Below are positions 10,826 through 21,699 of a stretch of 64,000 nt of DNA, one piece after another. The notes under the pieces are model-generated. The model was not told the DNA's origin and made no database searches. It saw nothing but the letters and a program-made list of their open reading frames with translations. The first letter of the stretch is position 1; each line of letters begins with the position of its first letter. Source of the stretch: a virus (taxonomy: Duplodnaviria; Caudoviricetes); the IMG/VR virus record IMGVR_UViG_3300020048_000083, positions 19,785 to 83,784 of that record; one strand, given 5' to 3'. The translations under genes were made by a program, and so were the position numbers.

Positions 10826-12741
10826 TATTCGCCCCCTTCATCTTCTGGCTTATTACTGCTACCGCCGTTTTTAATGTATTGAAATTGGAAGTATGGCTTA
10901 ACGGTAAATGTTAATTTATTCGCGTATTCTGGTAACGTGTTACGTAAATTATTAAAATATAGAGTAACCTCGTAATCCAAATTTACATTATAATCTTTAC
11001 TCGGGAACGTGTTTGAGTTACTGCACATCTGGTAAAACATAGGTTCAACATTCGCATACCCATATTTATTACCGAACAACCAGTTTATTGCTAAACTCAT
11101 TTCCCCATTTGCGGGTATCTCGGATAGGTCGTCGCCGATATACGAAATTCTTAACTGTTCACCAAGCTCCTGACCCCATATCGTAAAGTTATAATTATTG
11201 AGTGGATAAGACCACCCAACCCAAGCTGCACTTTCCCAAGGGTTCACTTTATCTTTATCCAGAACTTTTACTGCCACTGTCCTACCGTATAATGGGTTGT
11301 TACTTGGGTCGTATTCACCTTCATTTCTCTCTGGGTACCAAAAAGAATCAAAATTAAGCTGCCTACCGTTTTCCAAGTTATAATCTGGAACGCTGGATAA
11401 TATATATATAGACCTAACACCACCGTCAGTAGAAGTAATATTTTTAAATTGACCAGTTAATCTGTTATGCCTATCCGAGCCAGAGTCGTTTAATAGCTTT
11501 ATCTCAATATTTTTTAAGTAAACTGGTACGTCACCGTCATTAAATATTTTTATAGTGTCTTCGTATGTATTAACCACCCGAGCCGCGGCGCTGTTCCACT
11601 CCGACCTAAGGTCTTGAAAACTATTGTACCCAATAAACCCATTAAAGATATACGGCGCAACACCAGAATCAACGTTAAGGTCAAAATCTGTAGTAGTCGT
11701 AGATAATCTTAAATCAAAATTACTAACAGTGCCACCCGTTGTAATGGTTGTAGTTGTTGGGGTTGGTACTCCGTTAGAAACACTAATTAACGGATTTTTC
11801 TGTGCAAATGCATCATCAAATACCAGTTCATATAGCAAAATCCTATTAGGTTTTACCGCCCATTTTTTGCTTATAGGGTCAAATATTCGTATAATATACT
11901 TTTTACTGGAATAATTTATTTTATACTCAACATAAAGCATACGGGAATCAAAACCGTTATCCAGATTTGTATTCACACTTTGTACCCAGTGCTTATTTGG
12001 TTCATACGGGTGGCTCGGCAACAGATTTATCATCCTGCCGTTTAATGCGTCCCAGAACTGAAACGAGGCATAAAACGTATCGATATTATACTTATTCAAC
12101 CAATATAGATAATACCCATCCGTAGTTTCATCTAAATTAAATGTTGGTCTGTGCCAAGCACCATTTGCGTCGCCTTCTAACTGACACCACCTCGGGTTAA
12201 CATATACAACATTTTGAAACAACGACTCTTGCGTAGCGGTGTACGGCGACGTATAAAAATTCATTTTAATGAAAGAGTTATATAAGTACGGCTGGGTATC
12301 AAACCTCTTAGATAATAACTGACTTGACGGCGTACCGTCTGCATTAGGCTCAAACCAAGTTTCCTTTTGTGTGTAAAACGGATATCCGAAAGAATTCCAA
12401 AATGTTGGGTATTCAGATACTAACGTGTTTCCTGTTATACTGTAAAACTTGCTTTGCATTTTGTCGTAATACTCTACATATGGAGTACTTAACATAGTTC
12501 GAATGTCCTTATTCAACCTTATGTCAATACGTTTATGGAAAAATATATCAAATATCAGTTTCTGATACTGAGATTTGAATGCCGTCATTTCGTAATCGTT
12601 TATCTGCTGTATTTCGCCGTCCAATACGCTTTTGACAATATCAGCCTTACGAATCTCTTTCATAGAGTCGTCGTAGTCAGACGTTAGGTTGAACGGTAAA
12701 CGAACAAATCCAAGGCTTTTATTTATTTTATAATTTTCCAT
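10825..12741 (-). CDS. Hypothetical structural protein, ~638 aa
   Basis: ATG at 12741 overlaps the upstream stop (TAATG), preferred over the TTG at 12747. Confidence 0.55.
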   Translation of the reverse strand: MENYKINKSLGFVRLPFNLTSDYDDSMKEIRKADIVKSVLDGEIQQINDYEMTAFKSQYQKLIFDIFFHKRIDIRLNKDIRTMLSTPYVEYYDKMQSKFYSITGNTLVSEYPTFWNSFGYPFYTQKETWFEPNADGTPSSQLLSKRFDTQPYLYNSFIKMNFYTSPYTATQESLFQNVVYVNPRWCQLEGDANGAWHRPTFNLDETTDGYYLYWLNKYNIDTFYASFQFWDALNGRMINLLPSHPYEPNKHWVQSVNTNLDNGFDSRMLYVEYKINYSSKKYIIRIFDPISKKWAVKPNRILLYELVFDDAFAQKNPLISVSNGVPTPTTTTITTGGTVSNFDLRLSTTTTDFDLNVDSGVAPYIFNGFIGYNSFQDLRSEWNSAAARVVNTYEDTIKIFNDGDVPVYLKNIEIKLLNDSGSDRHNRLTGQFKNITSTDGGVRSIYILSSVPDYNLENGRQLNFDSFWYPERNEGEYDPSNNPLYGRTVAVKVLDKDKVNPWESAAWVGWSYPLNNYNFTIWGQELGEQLRISYIGDDLSEIPANGEMSLAINWLFGNKYGYANVEPMFYQMCSNSNTFPSKDYNVNLDYEVTLYFNNLRNTLPEYANKLTFTVKPYFQFQYIKNGGSSNKPEDEGGE

Positions 12742-14621
12742 TAGCAAACGATTCCACTAAATTCTTCGAACGGTTTATCGTTCTTATTACTACCCAATAA
12801 AGAATCATCTAACGCCGAATTTCCTGTTGTGGCGGTATTAGACTGACTCTGTGTAAGCGTATCAGTATATGAACTAATTAAATATCCGCCAGTTAGCAAA
12901 GAATTAACCTTCGGACTCGAATAATTTTTTATATTAAATAGCAAGTGTGAAAACACATAAAATGCGTCATTCATATACGGAAAGTCTATGCCGTTACCAC
13001 CTACTTCAAAGTACCCTATTTCCAAGATATGGCGCCAACGGTACGTTTGATACTTCTCGCTGTATACGGCGTAATTAGGTATACCAAAATATATATCCCA
13101 CTCTTCAACGTTGTTAGAAAATTTTCGAATCGGTATATGGTGAAACGGATTGTACCCGAACCGCATATGATTGTCCTGAATATCGGTAATATTACATATA
13201 AATGTATGTTCTATATGATTAATTTCAACTTCTGTAAGAGTTTCATTTGTATACTCTACCAAGCTGTGGTATAGAAAATTATTAGTGTCGTTATAGTCTA
13301 TATATATTCCGAATTCATCTGTGAAATGTTCACTAACAGTCTGAATACCTTTATTACTCGAACCGCCAGTTTTTGACACATAAACGGCACCAGATCGGCG
13401 TGACCAAGCGCCTATTCCATCCTTAGCAACGTCGCCGTCCAACAGTGTAAAGTTGCTGGAAAGTAATACAAATACATTCTCTTCCTGAGCTTCATAAATC
13501 ATTGATCCCTCTGGCATTAACAGAACTTCTGCCTTGGTATTACTAAAATAATAATCTTTAACCGCATTTTGATCAAACGTACTCTGTATAAAATTGGTAA
13601 AATTAGCCTGTACTGTCGTCATTTTAAGGTCTTCGCTTACCAATTTTACAAACGTCATATATAAATCAGTAACGGGTGCTTTATTATTTGATAATACGCC
13701 CTCAAAATAACTCTTACCCTCGTTGGTGAAGGAAAACGTTTTTTGGTTATAACTATTATTCGAATACCCGCAATTAGTAATGCTACCAATTTTTCCTACT
13801 GATTGCAATTTTTTCATATAATATTCGCAAGGTATTTTGTTGACCAACTTTTTCACAAATATGTGTGGGGAAATTACCGACAACCAGTTTACGTTTGTCC
13901 TACCAGTTAATGAAGCATAATATTCTGGTGTAATGCCAAGCTCAATTTCACCGTCGCCGATCTTTACATAGTTGGTAACGGTGCCTGACGTTGTAGCGCC
14001 GCTGGTAGAAGTAGAAACCGCTATTTCTTGAAGGTATACTTTATTACCTGTTACATAAGCTACGCGGTATGTTCCGTTTTTAGATGGGGAGTCGTTATCT
14101 ACGAGTGAAAGTAAATCACCCGCTTGATAGTTATGACCTAAATACAACAGTAAACCAGTTCTGGTTTTATTATTAATAACCTCGCTCTTAATAGAAAGAG
14201 CTGGTAGCCCAGCATTAAAATCTATGGTTTTAGTAACCCCGTCAAACGTGGTTTTAATGGTATAATCTCCCCTATCAGCTGAAGTGGGTGTTGATCCCGT
14301 ACTAAAGCTTAAAGGCGACATAAGAAACACATCCCAATTACCAACAGTACTAATATCAAAATATGTAAAGTCTGGTTTAACTATTGGCTGCGTGGCGAGA
14401 TCGAACTTTAAATTAACTACCTCATTAATATGACCATAAAACCTATAGTTTTTACAATTCAATTTATCTACATAAAACTGGTCAAGCTGATTTATACGTT
14501 TAAATACATTATACTCAGTATATGTTTGTTTTTCCGATTCAAGTAATACAGGCACAGTTAATCCCCTATCCTTGGCGTTAACCACTTTTTTAGACCTCAA
14601 TATTTGTTCCGTATTACTCAT
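12741..14621 (-). CDS. Hypothetical structural protein, 626 aa
   Basis: Long ORF overlapping both neighbours in the baseplate operon. Confidence 0.55.
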   Translation of the reverse strand: MSNTEQILRSKKVVNAKDRGLTVPVLLESEKQTYTEYNVFKRINQLDQFYVDKLNCKNYRFYGHINEVVNLKFDLATQPIVKPDFTYFDISTVGNWDVFLMSPLSFSTGSTPTSADRGDYTIKTTFDGVTKTIDFNAGLPALSIKSEVINNKTRTGLLLYLGHNYQAGDLLSLVDNDSPSKNGTYRVAYVTGNKVYLQEIAVSTSTSGATTSGTVTNYVKIGDGEIELGITPEYYASLTGRTNVNWLSVISPHIFVKKLVNKIPCEYYMKKLQSVGKIGSITNCGYSNNSYNQKTFSFTNEGKSYFEGVLSNNKAPVTDLYMTFVKLVSEDLKMTTVQANFTNFIQSTFDQNAVKDYYFSNTKAEVLLMPEGSMIYEAQEENVFVLLSSNFTLLDGDVAKDGIGAWSRRSGAVYVSKTGGSSNKGIQTVSEHFTDEFGIYIDYNDTNNFLYHSLVEYTNETLTEVEINHIEHTFICNITDIQDNHMRFGYNPFHHIPIRKFSNNVEEWDIYFGIPNYAVYSEKYQTYRWRHILEIGYFEVGGNGIDFPYMNDAFYVFSHLLFNIKNYSSPKVNSLLTGGYLISSYTDTLTQSQSNTATTGNSALDDSLLGSNKNDKPFEEFSGIVC

Positions 14622-16785
14622 TGAAATACCTTTCTTTTATAATGTTTAATGCGTTCTGCGTCTTATCGTTGCGACCAAACAAATAATACTTACCTTCATA
14701 TAAGTTATCGGTTCCAACCTTGTATGAAGAGTAAACACTATCTTTTACCAGATTCTGAACGGTGTCGGTAACATCGACAACTGAAGTTTCAAATAGAACT
14801 TTGCTTGACCCATAATTTATTGATGAAACAAATAATCCAGCTGTGAATTGATCACTTACGGCTAAATTGAATCTATTATGTATAGCATTAATATTTCTAT
14901 TGGTTGCCTCTGGCTTTTGTGATAATAACTGGGCATAATAATTAGCTGTGGGGACATTTTCGCCGTCCCAAGGATTATCACCAAAGAACCAAGTCTGAAC
15001 CGCTGCGTGCAATGATATATCATTGTCCGAACTACCGCTACCCTGAGGATATAACTCATTATAAGCGTCACCCCTATTAACACCTTCCATTCTTCTCACA
15101 CCAATACCGTATATCCAATCCCAAATTTTAGTTTGATAAAATGCTGTATCAGTTTTTGGATACCAAGGTATCCAAGTTACTTCATTAGAATAAATTAACG
15201 TCACTTGGTCTTGATAATCCTGCATCCAAAAACGTGGGGCTATTAGTGTTCCAAGTAAGTTTGGTTCCAGCGATGGATTTTTACCGTCGATAGGAATGTT
15301 ATATGCAAGATCGGAGTTTATCTTTGGTATATACGCTATTATACCATTCCCCGCTACATTATTTGGAGCGTACCTAACATCTATATCGCTAAATCCGTTC
15401 GCGTAAACCTTTCCTTGGTGCGGTCTAAAGTTAGTCTGCACAGTATAGAACCTTGGTGTACCAGTTAGTATATTATATTCAAATAACGTACTACCGTCAT
15501 ACCTGTTTGAAGTCCATCCGCCTAACATAAGGTGCCCGTTTCGGTCAGCAGGTACCCTAATACCTACCGATAGATTACCATCAGAGCCGCCAACTAATGT
15601 TCGTCTTCCGTTGCCGTAAACTCCTTCGTAGTCGTCAAAAAATTCAAATACATAATGCCCTTTGGTAGGTACACCCCTTTTTGTTTTTGACGGAACCAAC
15701 TGACCAAACTCGTCGGTAACATAATAGTCTTCATACATAGGAAGATTTAAGACAAAAACACCCGTAGGTTGTCCATTAATATCTGGTACCTGAGAATACA
15801 CGCCATACCTCTCTAATACCTGTGGCGCTAAGTGTTTATATGCTACAACCTTTAAATCCTTCGCAACTTCCTGCTTTGTAATATCCCAGCCCGCGTCACC
15901 GTTTCCAATATCCACACTGGAATCTGGTTTAATGGTTGACCAGTAACTCATATTCAAGAATGACCCAAATAAAATTGACGTTGGCACGTATTGATAGTTT
16001 AATTCAAAGTCGCACCGTGTAATACCTATTTCGTGAAGGGTCTTGTCGCCCCAAAATGGAACCACATTAACCAGTTTGTTATCACCAAATATGTTTGGCA
16101 TAGCATCCAGATCAGACTTCACCTTTACACTATAAGTCCCACCCGTGGTTAACTCGAAATTAGGGTTGATAGCCTGTGTAAGTTCTTCACTTAATTGAGC
16201 TGAAACGGTAGCACTTGTCTTGATTTCTGTTACCAGATCGTCAGCGGTAATATAGAACGATTTAGTGTCAAATAAATCGAAGTCCATATGCACATACTGG
16301 GCTCCAAGCGGAACGCCGAAGATCATATAGTCGCCAGAGTCATTTGTTGTTGTTGTAAACTTGTAGTATTTTTCGTATATTTCTAAATAGATCGGGTAAT
16401 ATGTAAGGTCACTAACATCTGGGAAGCAACCTATCGGCTGGTGGCTAAAATTAGGTTGCTTGATCCTTGGGAATAAATTATACCGTACACCATTGGGCAG
16501 TTTATCGGCTGGCGATTTGAACGGGTATAGCTGCGTAATTTCATTCCTCAGCTCGTCGTCACTTGTAATTGGTACGAATATACTAACCTTGGCGTTCTGT
16601 ACGCCGAAACCACCGTTAACGTTGACCCTTCCTACAACCACACCGAAGTCAGCGGTCATTTGAGCATACACATCGTATGCACTGACCTTTAGACTCAGTA
16701 CTTCTAACTGCTCAAAATCTTGTTCTAACTTAAACGTAACATTTTGAGCCGTATTAAGATCAATAGGAATGCGTATATTTTCCAT
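14614..16785 (-). CDS. Structural protein with N-terminal carboxypeptidase-regulatory-like beta-sandwich, 723 aa
   Basis: VVVGRVNVNGGFGVQNAKVSIF...TTTNDSGDYMIFGVPLGAQYV matches that fold pattern; directly follows the gp6-like gene. Confidence 0.55.
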   Translation of the reverse strand: MENIRIPIDLNTAQNVTFKLEQDFEQLEVLSLKVSAYDVYAQMTADFGVVVGRVNVNGGFGVQNAKVSIFVPITSDDELRNEITQLYPFKSPADKLPNGVRYNLFPRIKQPNFSHQPIGCFPDVSDLTYYPIYLEIYEKYYKFTTTTNDSGDYMIFGVPLGAQYVHMDFDLFDTKSFYITADDLVTEIKTSATVSAQLSEELTQAINPNFELTTGGTYSVKVKSDLDAMPNIFGDNKLVNVVPFWGDKTLHEIGITRCDFELNYQYVPTSILFGSFLNMSYWSTIKPDSSVDIGNGDAGWDITKQEVAKDLKVVAYKHLAPQVLERYGVYSQVPDINGQPTGVFVLNLPMYEDYYVTDEFGQLVPSKTKRGVPTKGHYVFEFFDDYEGVYGNGRRTLVGGSDGNLSVGIRVPADRNGHLMLGGWTSNRYDGSTLFEYNILTGTPRFYTVQTNFRPHQGKVYANGFSDIDVRYAPNNVAGNGIIAYIPKINSDLAYNIPIDGKNPSLEPNLLGTLIAPRFWMQDYQDQVTLIYSNEVTWIPWYPKTDTAFYQTKIWDWIYGIGVRRMEGVNRGDAYNELYPQGSGSSDNDISLHAAVQTWFFGDNPWDGENVPTANYYAQLLSQKPEATNRNINAIHNRFNLAVSDQFTAGLFVSSINYGSSKVLFETSVVDVTDTVQNLVKDSVYSSYKVGTDNLYEGKYYLFGRNDKTQNALNIIKERYFNE

Positions 16786-18611
16786 TAGGCTCTAATCGCC
16801 GTTGCGAATTTTGGTCTTATTGTAATATCTTTGTCTGGGAATCGCATTTGTAGTACCTGATTTTCCTCAGCGAATATGATTCCGTCAGTTGTATCTATTA
16901 CTCGGTTCTGAACGTCTGAATACGGCTGCGATGTTGTGTTGAATGAATAATTGTCGCCAACCTTGTTAATAACTTTCATATAGCCGATATTTAGTACACC
17001 GCTAACGCTGTTGATAGCTTTCATTATATCGCCAGTGTACATACTCTTACCCATAGCCATTTTCTGCGTGTTGAATATATCGCTCACGTTGGTAATAATA
17101 TTGGCTACCACGTTAAGGTAATTATCTTCGTTCATAAGCACCTCGGCTTCAATTGCAAGGTCTATAACCTGACCAGCTTGTACCAGCATAAAGTCGTTCA
17201 TCATCCTGTATTCTGACATATAAACGGCAATGTTTTCCATTAACGTAGAGTGTATTGTACTGTTTAATCTACCAGAGCTATCAAAAGATAATAGGTTAAC
17301 TACTACTTTGTTTTGCTCCTGTGTAACACCTACTCTGGCGGGCGACCCGAACTTGGACGGCATAAGCGCTATCATAGTCTTGTAGTCTTCCAAACTAACA
17401 GCCCTTTCCTGAGCAGCAAAGTTATACCCAATGTAATACCTTAATTCTTCGATACTTGGTGCATCGGCGCCGCCAACAGCTGGTGTGACGTTAATACATT
17501 TAAGCGACGCTTGCACGCCGCGAACGATCTGAGAATTCGGGCCTTTGTTGCTCATTATCGGGTTCGATATGTTGGTAATAACCCCGACACCAACGTTAGA
17601 CTCAATACCGCCGCCAGTTCTATATTTCACATACATTGTGGTGTTAGGTCTTGGAGCCAGACCAAGGCTTTTGTTGTTTAAGAAAGACTTCAGGTCAACC
17701 ACTCCGTTATACTGAATAAATTCGTCCAGTATATCGGTGCTATCATCCGTAGCCGATCCAAAAGTAAGCACGCAATAACCTGTAGGGGTGTACTCGTAAA
17801 TGAATCGTTTGTCAACACGCAGGTACTTTCCGTAGTATAAACCATTAGAAGACACAGGGCGCGACTTATCAACAACAAACACCTTATTTTCAGCTAACGA
17901 CTTAACTGGGTACCACCTCAAACTATCATTATTAAATTCATCATATGTGGGCTGATTGCTGTACCCGACGCCAGATTTTGATATAACACCGTCTACGCTC
18001 AATACATTTGTATCTGGAAGAATCAATTTGAAAAATGGATCAACCTGAGTTTCGCCAAACGTATAAGTATAAATCTTTGAGCTACCGTTAACAACCACGG
18101 CATTTTTCTTTATCGTATAGCTTGTTAGCTTGCCGTTGTTATAGTTAGGTATCTTAACCCTATCATAGGCTCCCGTGGCACCGATCGGCGAAGAAAAATC
18201 TACGTCGAATATAGTTTCAAATACCTGCCCGTTACCTGTAAATTGACTCCCAGCTTTTAATATCGGTAAGTACCTTTCGTCTTCCGCGTCGCCGAATACA
18301 GGCACGTCTACGGCAAACTCACAAATAGCCATACTTGCACTTCTGGTAGGAATTCGCAAACCGTAGGTCTTGGCTATATTATACAATGAACTACGCTGCT
18401 GAGCATAATCCAGTACTGTTTCCTGCAAACTTCGGTCAATATTTTGGTGAAGGTTGTCAGCAATAGCGGCGTTCAGGTCAATGTAGACCGACATTATAGA
18501 TGCGTCATTAAAGTTCTGAATTACTTCAGGATAATAACGCTTGATAAACGCCCGTTCCTCTTCTTGCAACGAAGCGAAATCTCTCTTAGAATATGAAATT
18601 TGTTTTGCCAT
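16785..18611 (-). CDS. Baseplate wedge subunit (T4 gp6/baseplate J-like), 608 aa
   Basis: YSKRDFASL, VKYRTGGGIESNV, AVGGADAPSIEELR, AQERAVSLEDYK motifs; follows gp25-like gene. Confidence 0.85.
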   Translation of the reverse strand: MAKQISYSKRDFASLQEEERAFIKRYYPEVIQNFNDASIMSVYIDLNAAIADNLHQNIDRSLQETVLDYAQQRSSLYNIAKTYGLRIPTRSASMAICEFAVDVPVFGDAEDERYLPILKAGSQFTGNGQVFETIFDVDFSSPIGATGAYDRVKIPNYNNGKLTSYTIKKNAVVVNGSSKIYTYTFGETQVDPFFKLILPDTNVLSVDGVISKSGVGYSNQPTYDEFNNDSLRWYPVKSLAENKVFVVDKSRPVSSNGLYYGKYLRVDKRFIYEYTPTGYCVLTFGSATDDSTDILDEFIQYNGVVDLKSFLNNKSLGLAPRPNTTMYVKYRTGGGIESNVGVGVITNISNPIMSNKGPNSQIVRGVQASLKCINVTPAVGGADAPSIEELRYYIGYNFAAQERAVSLEDYKTMIALMPSKFGSPARVGVTQEQNKVVVNLLSFDSSGRLNSTIHSTLMENIAVYMSEYRMMNDFMLVQAGQVIDLAIEAEVLMNEDNYLNVVANIITNVSDIFNTQKMAMGKSMYTGDIMKAINSVSGVLNIGYMKVINKVGDNYSFNTTSQPYSDVQNRVIDTTDGIIFAEENQVLQMRFPDKDITIRPKFATAIRA

Positions 18612-18612
18612 T

Positions 18613-19023
18613 TTACAAATTTAGTGTTACATTATCGGTAAAGTCAAAATTACCACTTACTACGCGGTAATCAATCGAAATAACTATTCGATACTTTTTA
18701 TTTTCTGGTAGCTCAATATCGTCGCCGTAATGGGTGATATTAATCGTTTTTATCTTAATATTGGGCATAAATTCGGTGGCAGCATCAGTAATCTCCTTCC
18801 TGATATCGTCGTCGTTCTCTGTGCTCTGCGGGTCAAACAAATATTGCCGCAAATTAGTGCCAAATTGTGGTAGAAAATATCGTTCACCCTTCATCGTCAT
18901 TAGCAGGTGCACGAAATTCGACTTTACCTCTTCGGACGCGGACTTGGTGAGCTTCAGGTAGTCACCCTCTGTGCTATCCTGAAACGGGAAGCTAACGCCT
19001 ATGGTTTTTTTTCGTATGGGCAT
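18613..19023 (-). CDS. Baseplate wedge subunit, gp25/GPW-like, 136 aa
   Basis: IGVSFPF...VKSNFVHLLMTMKGERYFLPQFGTNLRQYLFDP motif; start moved to ATG 19023, 14 nt after a TATTTATA box. Confidence 0.88.
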   Translation of the reverse strand: MPIRKKTIGVSFPFQDSTEGDYLKLTKSASEEVKSNFVHLLMTMKGERYFLPQFGTNLRQYLFDPQSTENDDDIRKEITDAATEFMPNIKIKTINITHYGDDIELPENKKYRIVISIDYRVVSGNFDFTDNVTLNL

Positions 19024-19037
19024 CTTAAAGTATTTCC

Positions 19038-19045
19038 TATAAATA
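19038..19045 (-). promoter_or_regulatory. Putative late promoter box TATTTATA
   Basis: Exact motif on coding strand 14 nt before gp25-like ATG, just after the nrdJ terminator. Confidence 0.6.
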
Positions 19046-19103
19046 GTTTTGCGATCGATTTTATTACATAAAAGTAGCCAGAATATCGTAAAAGTCAATG
19101 CAT

Positions 19104-19128
19104 AAAAAAAGGGAGCCGTAAAGCCCCC
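19104..19128 (-). terminator. Intrinsic terminator after nrdJ
   Basis: GGGGGC-TTTACG-GCTCCC stem-loop followed by T7 on minus strand. Confidence 0.7.
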
Positions 19129-19152
19129 TTCTTTTTTGATACGTGTTTAACG

Positions 19153-21678
19153 TTAACCGCACTTACTATATTCACCGCAGGTACACGTCAGGCAACCCTC
19201 TACGTACTGTAGCGTAGCGTCACAAACTGGACATTTACCTTCTTTTTTATCCTCGGTGCCATCCTTTATGTACCTTTTTAGTGTACGAACCACACCATTG
19301 AACCAAGTGTTAATAACGTCGTCTTCGTGATTCAACGACTGAATAGTATGGATAAGGCTTACCAGATGCATACGGTTGCGTAATAAACCCGATATGAGCT
19401 TAGCGTATGTCCAGTATGTAGGGTTAAATACTCGGTTCAAACCCCGTATTTCCTGTTCCATACCACCTTTATCGATGTATAGTACGTCATAACGTGATCC
19501 GTGTCCATTATCCTTTACGCGGCGAATCTTACCCTTTTCAACATAGCTCGGAATAGGGAACTCTTCGGCTAAGCCCGTGAATATTTCATAAGGATATCCG
19601 CCAACGAAGCCAAGAAATGCCACCCATTTCTCACTGTTATTCATAAATCTGATAACATCGCATTCCACAGTTTTTGGTCTGGGTAGTGCGTGAGTTTCAG
19701 CTACGTGAACGTGTTCCTTCGGTTTGTCGTTAGATATCAGCACACCGCTTCTACTGCCGTCACGGTACACCGTAACGCCTTTACAGCCACTTTCCCACGC
19801 AGTAAGGTAAACGTCGCTCACAAGCGCCTCAGTGACGTCTGCGGGCAAGTTTACAGTTACACTAATAGAATGGTCAACCCATTTTTGTATAGCACCCTGC
19901 ATTTTAACCTTGGCTACCCAGTCAATATCGTTGCTGGTAGCTTTGTAATATGGCGACTTTCTGATAATTTCGGTCAACATTTCATCCTTTAGGCTTGCCG
20001 CATTCTCAATGTCGTAACCGTTAATACGCATCCAGTCAATAAACTTCGGGTGGAACACATTAAACTCTTCCCAAGAATCGCCAACTTCGTCCACGAATAC
20101 AACCTTTACGTTTTTATCGTTCGGATTTACCTTGCGGCGGCGTTTGTAGCTTACCATAAACACGGGCTCAATACCTGATGCAGTCTGGGTACATATACTT
20201 ACACTACCTGTTGGGGCTATTGTAAGCATACTTATATTTCGGCGACCCTGCTTCTCAATTTTAGCGTATACTTCTGGCGCGGCTTCTTTGATACGGTTCA
20301 TTAACGGGTTGTTGCGTTCGCGCTCTATATCAAAGATCGGGAATGCTCCACGTTCTGCGGCAAGGTCTGACGATGCGTCATACACGTTGATAGCCAGCAT
20401 TTTGTGTACCATAACACTAAACGCGGTTGCTTCATCAGTACCGTAACGCAATCCTAACGCAGCCAACATATCACCCTCGGCGGTTATACCGATACCTGTA
20501 CGCCTGCCCTGAATAGACTTCTCGCGAATCTTTATCCACAAGTTCCTTTCAATAGCTTTGGTTTCGTCGTCCTCTGGGTCGGCGTCAATCTTAGCCAAAA
20601 TGCGGTCAACCTTTTCAATTTCCAAATCCACGATGTTATCCATAATGCGCAATGCGTAGTGTGCGTGTTTGGCGAATAATTCAAGGTCAAATACAGCGTG
20701 CGGGGTGAACGGGTTCTCAACATAGCTGTACAGGTTGATAGCGATCAATCGGCAACTATCATATGGGCATAAAGGTATCTCACCGCAAGGATTGGTTGAG
20801 AGTGTTTTAAAACCATAGTCGGTATAACAATCAGGGATGGACTCTCGGATTATCGTGTCCCAGAATAATACTCCAGGTTCGGCGGACTTCCAAGCATTAT
20901 GTATAATTTTATTCCATAACCCCAAAGCGGCGACTTCCTTGGTTGTCGTTGGGTTGTCCGAGTCAATAGGATACTGTTGGGTATACTGTCCGCCAGATTT
21001 AACAGCATGCATAAAATCATCGTCCAATTTAACAGAAACGTTGGCGCCAGTTACTTTACCCTGTTCCATTTTAGCATTAATGAAATTTTCACTATCAGGG
21101 TGTTTGATTGAAACAGACAACATTAAAGCCCCGCGTCGTCCATCCTGAGCAACTTCGCGTGTCGAATTACTGTACCTCTCCATAAATGGCACTATACCAG
21201 TCGACGTGAGAGCGCTATTAAGTACTCGGCTACCCGAAGGTCGTATGTGTGATAGATCGTGACCCACACCACCGCGACGTTTCATTAATTGAACCTGCTC
21301 CTGATCAACTTTCATTATACCGCCATAGGAATCGTGATTGCCGTCGCCACCTATAACAAAACAGTTGGATAATGAAGAAACCTGAAAATTATTACCGATA
21401 CCCGCCATAGGGCTACCTTGGGGGATAATGTATCGAAAATTACGAAATAGTTCGAAGAATTCATCCTCACTCATTGGATTGGGATAATTTGCGTCTATTC
21501 TCGCAACTTCCGAGGCTAAACGACGATGCATATCGTTTGGATTGAGTTCGTAAATATTTCCGTCACTATCTTTCAGCGCGTACTTGTTCATCCACACACT
21601 AGCGGCAAGTGCATCACCATCAAAATAGGTCGTGGCTGTAGCCAGCACCTCTTCGGGGGTGTATTTTTTTACTTCCAT
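19153..21678 (-). CDS. nrdJ: Adenosylcobalamin-dependent (class II) ribonucleotide reductase, 841 aa
   Basis: SLSNCFV, TNPCGEIPLCPYDSCRL, TIAPTGS, KGVTVYRDGSR motifs and C-terminal CPVC...CLTCTCGEYSKC zinc ribbon. Confidence 0.95.
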   Translation of the reverse strand: MEVKKYTPEEVLATATTYFDGDALAASVWMNKYALKDSDGNIYELNPNDMHRRLASEVARIDANYPNPMSEDEFFELFRNFRYIIPQGSPMAGIGNNFQVSSLSNCFVIGGDGNHDSYGGIMKVDQEQVQLMKRRGGVGHDLSHIRPSGSRVLNSALTSTGIVPFMERYSNSTREVAQDGRRGALMLSVSIKHPDSENFINAKMEQGKVTGANVSVKLDDDFMHAVKSGGQYTQQYPIDSDNPTTTKEVAALGLWNKIIHNAWKSAEPGVLFWDTIIRESIPDCYTDYGFKTLSTNPCGEIPLCPYDSCRLIAINLYSYVENPFTPHAVFDLELFAKHAHYALRIMDNIVDLEIEKVDRILAKIDADPEDDETKAIERNLWIKIREKSIQGRRTGIGITAEGDMLAALGLRYGTDEATAFSVMVHKMLAINVYDASSDLAAERGAFPIFDIERERNNPLMNRIKEAAPEVYAKIEKQGRRNISMLTIAPTGSVSICTQTASGIEPVFMVSYKRRRKVNPNDKNVKVVFVDEVGDSWEEFNVFHPKFIDWMRINGYDIENAASLKDEMLTEIIRKSPYYKATSNDIDWVAKVKMQGAIQKWVDHSISVTVNLPADVTEALVSDVYLTAWESGCKGVTVYRDGSRSGVLISNDKPKEHVHVAETHALPRPKTVECDVIRFMNNSEKWVAFLGFVGGYPYEIFTGLAEEFPIPSYVEKGKIRRVKDNGHGSRYDVLYIDKGGMEQEIRGLNRVFNPTYWTYAKLISGLLRNRMHLVSLIHTIQSLNHEDDVINTWFNGVVRTLKRYIKDGTEDKKEGKCPVCDATLQYVEGCLTCTCGEYSKCG

Positions 21679-21699
21679 TGTTGTATTTGTTTTATTGAG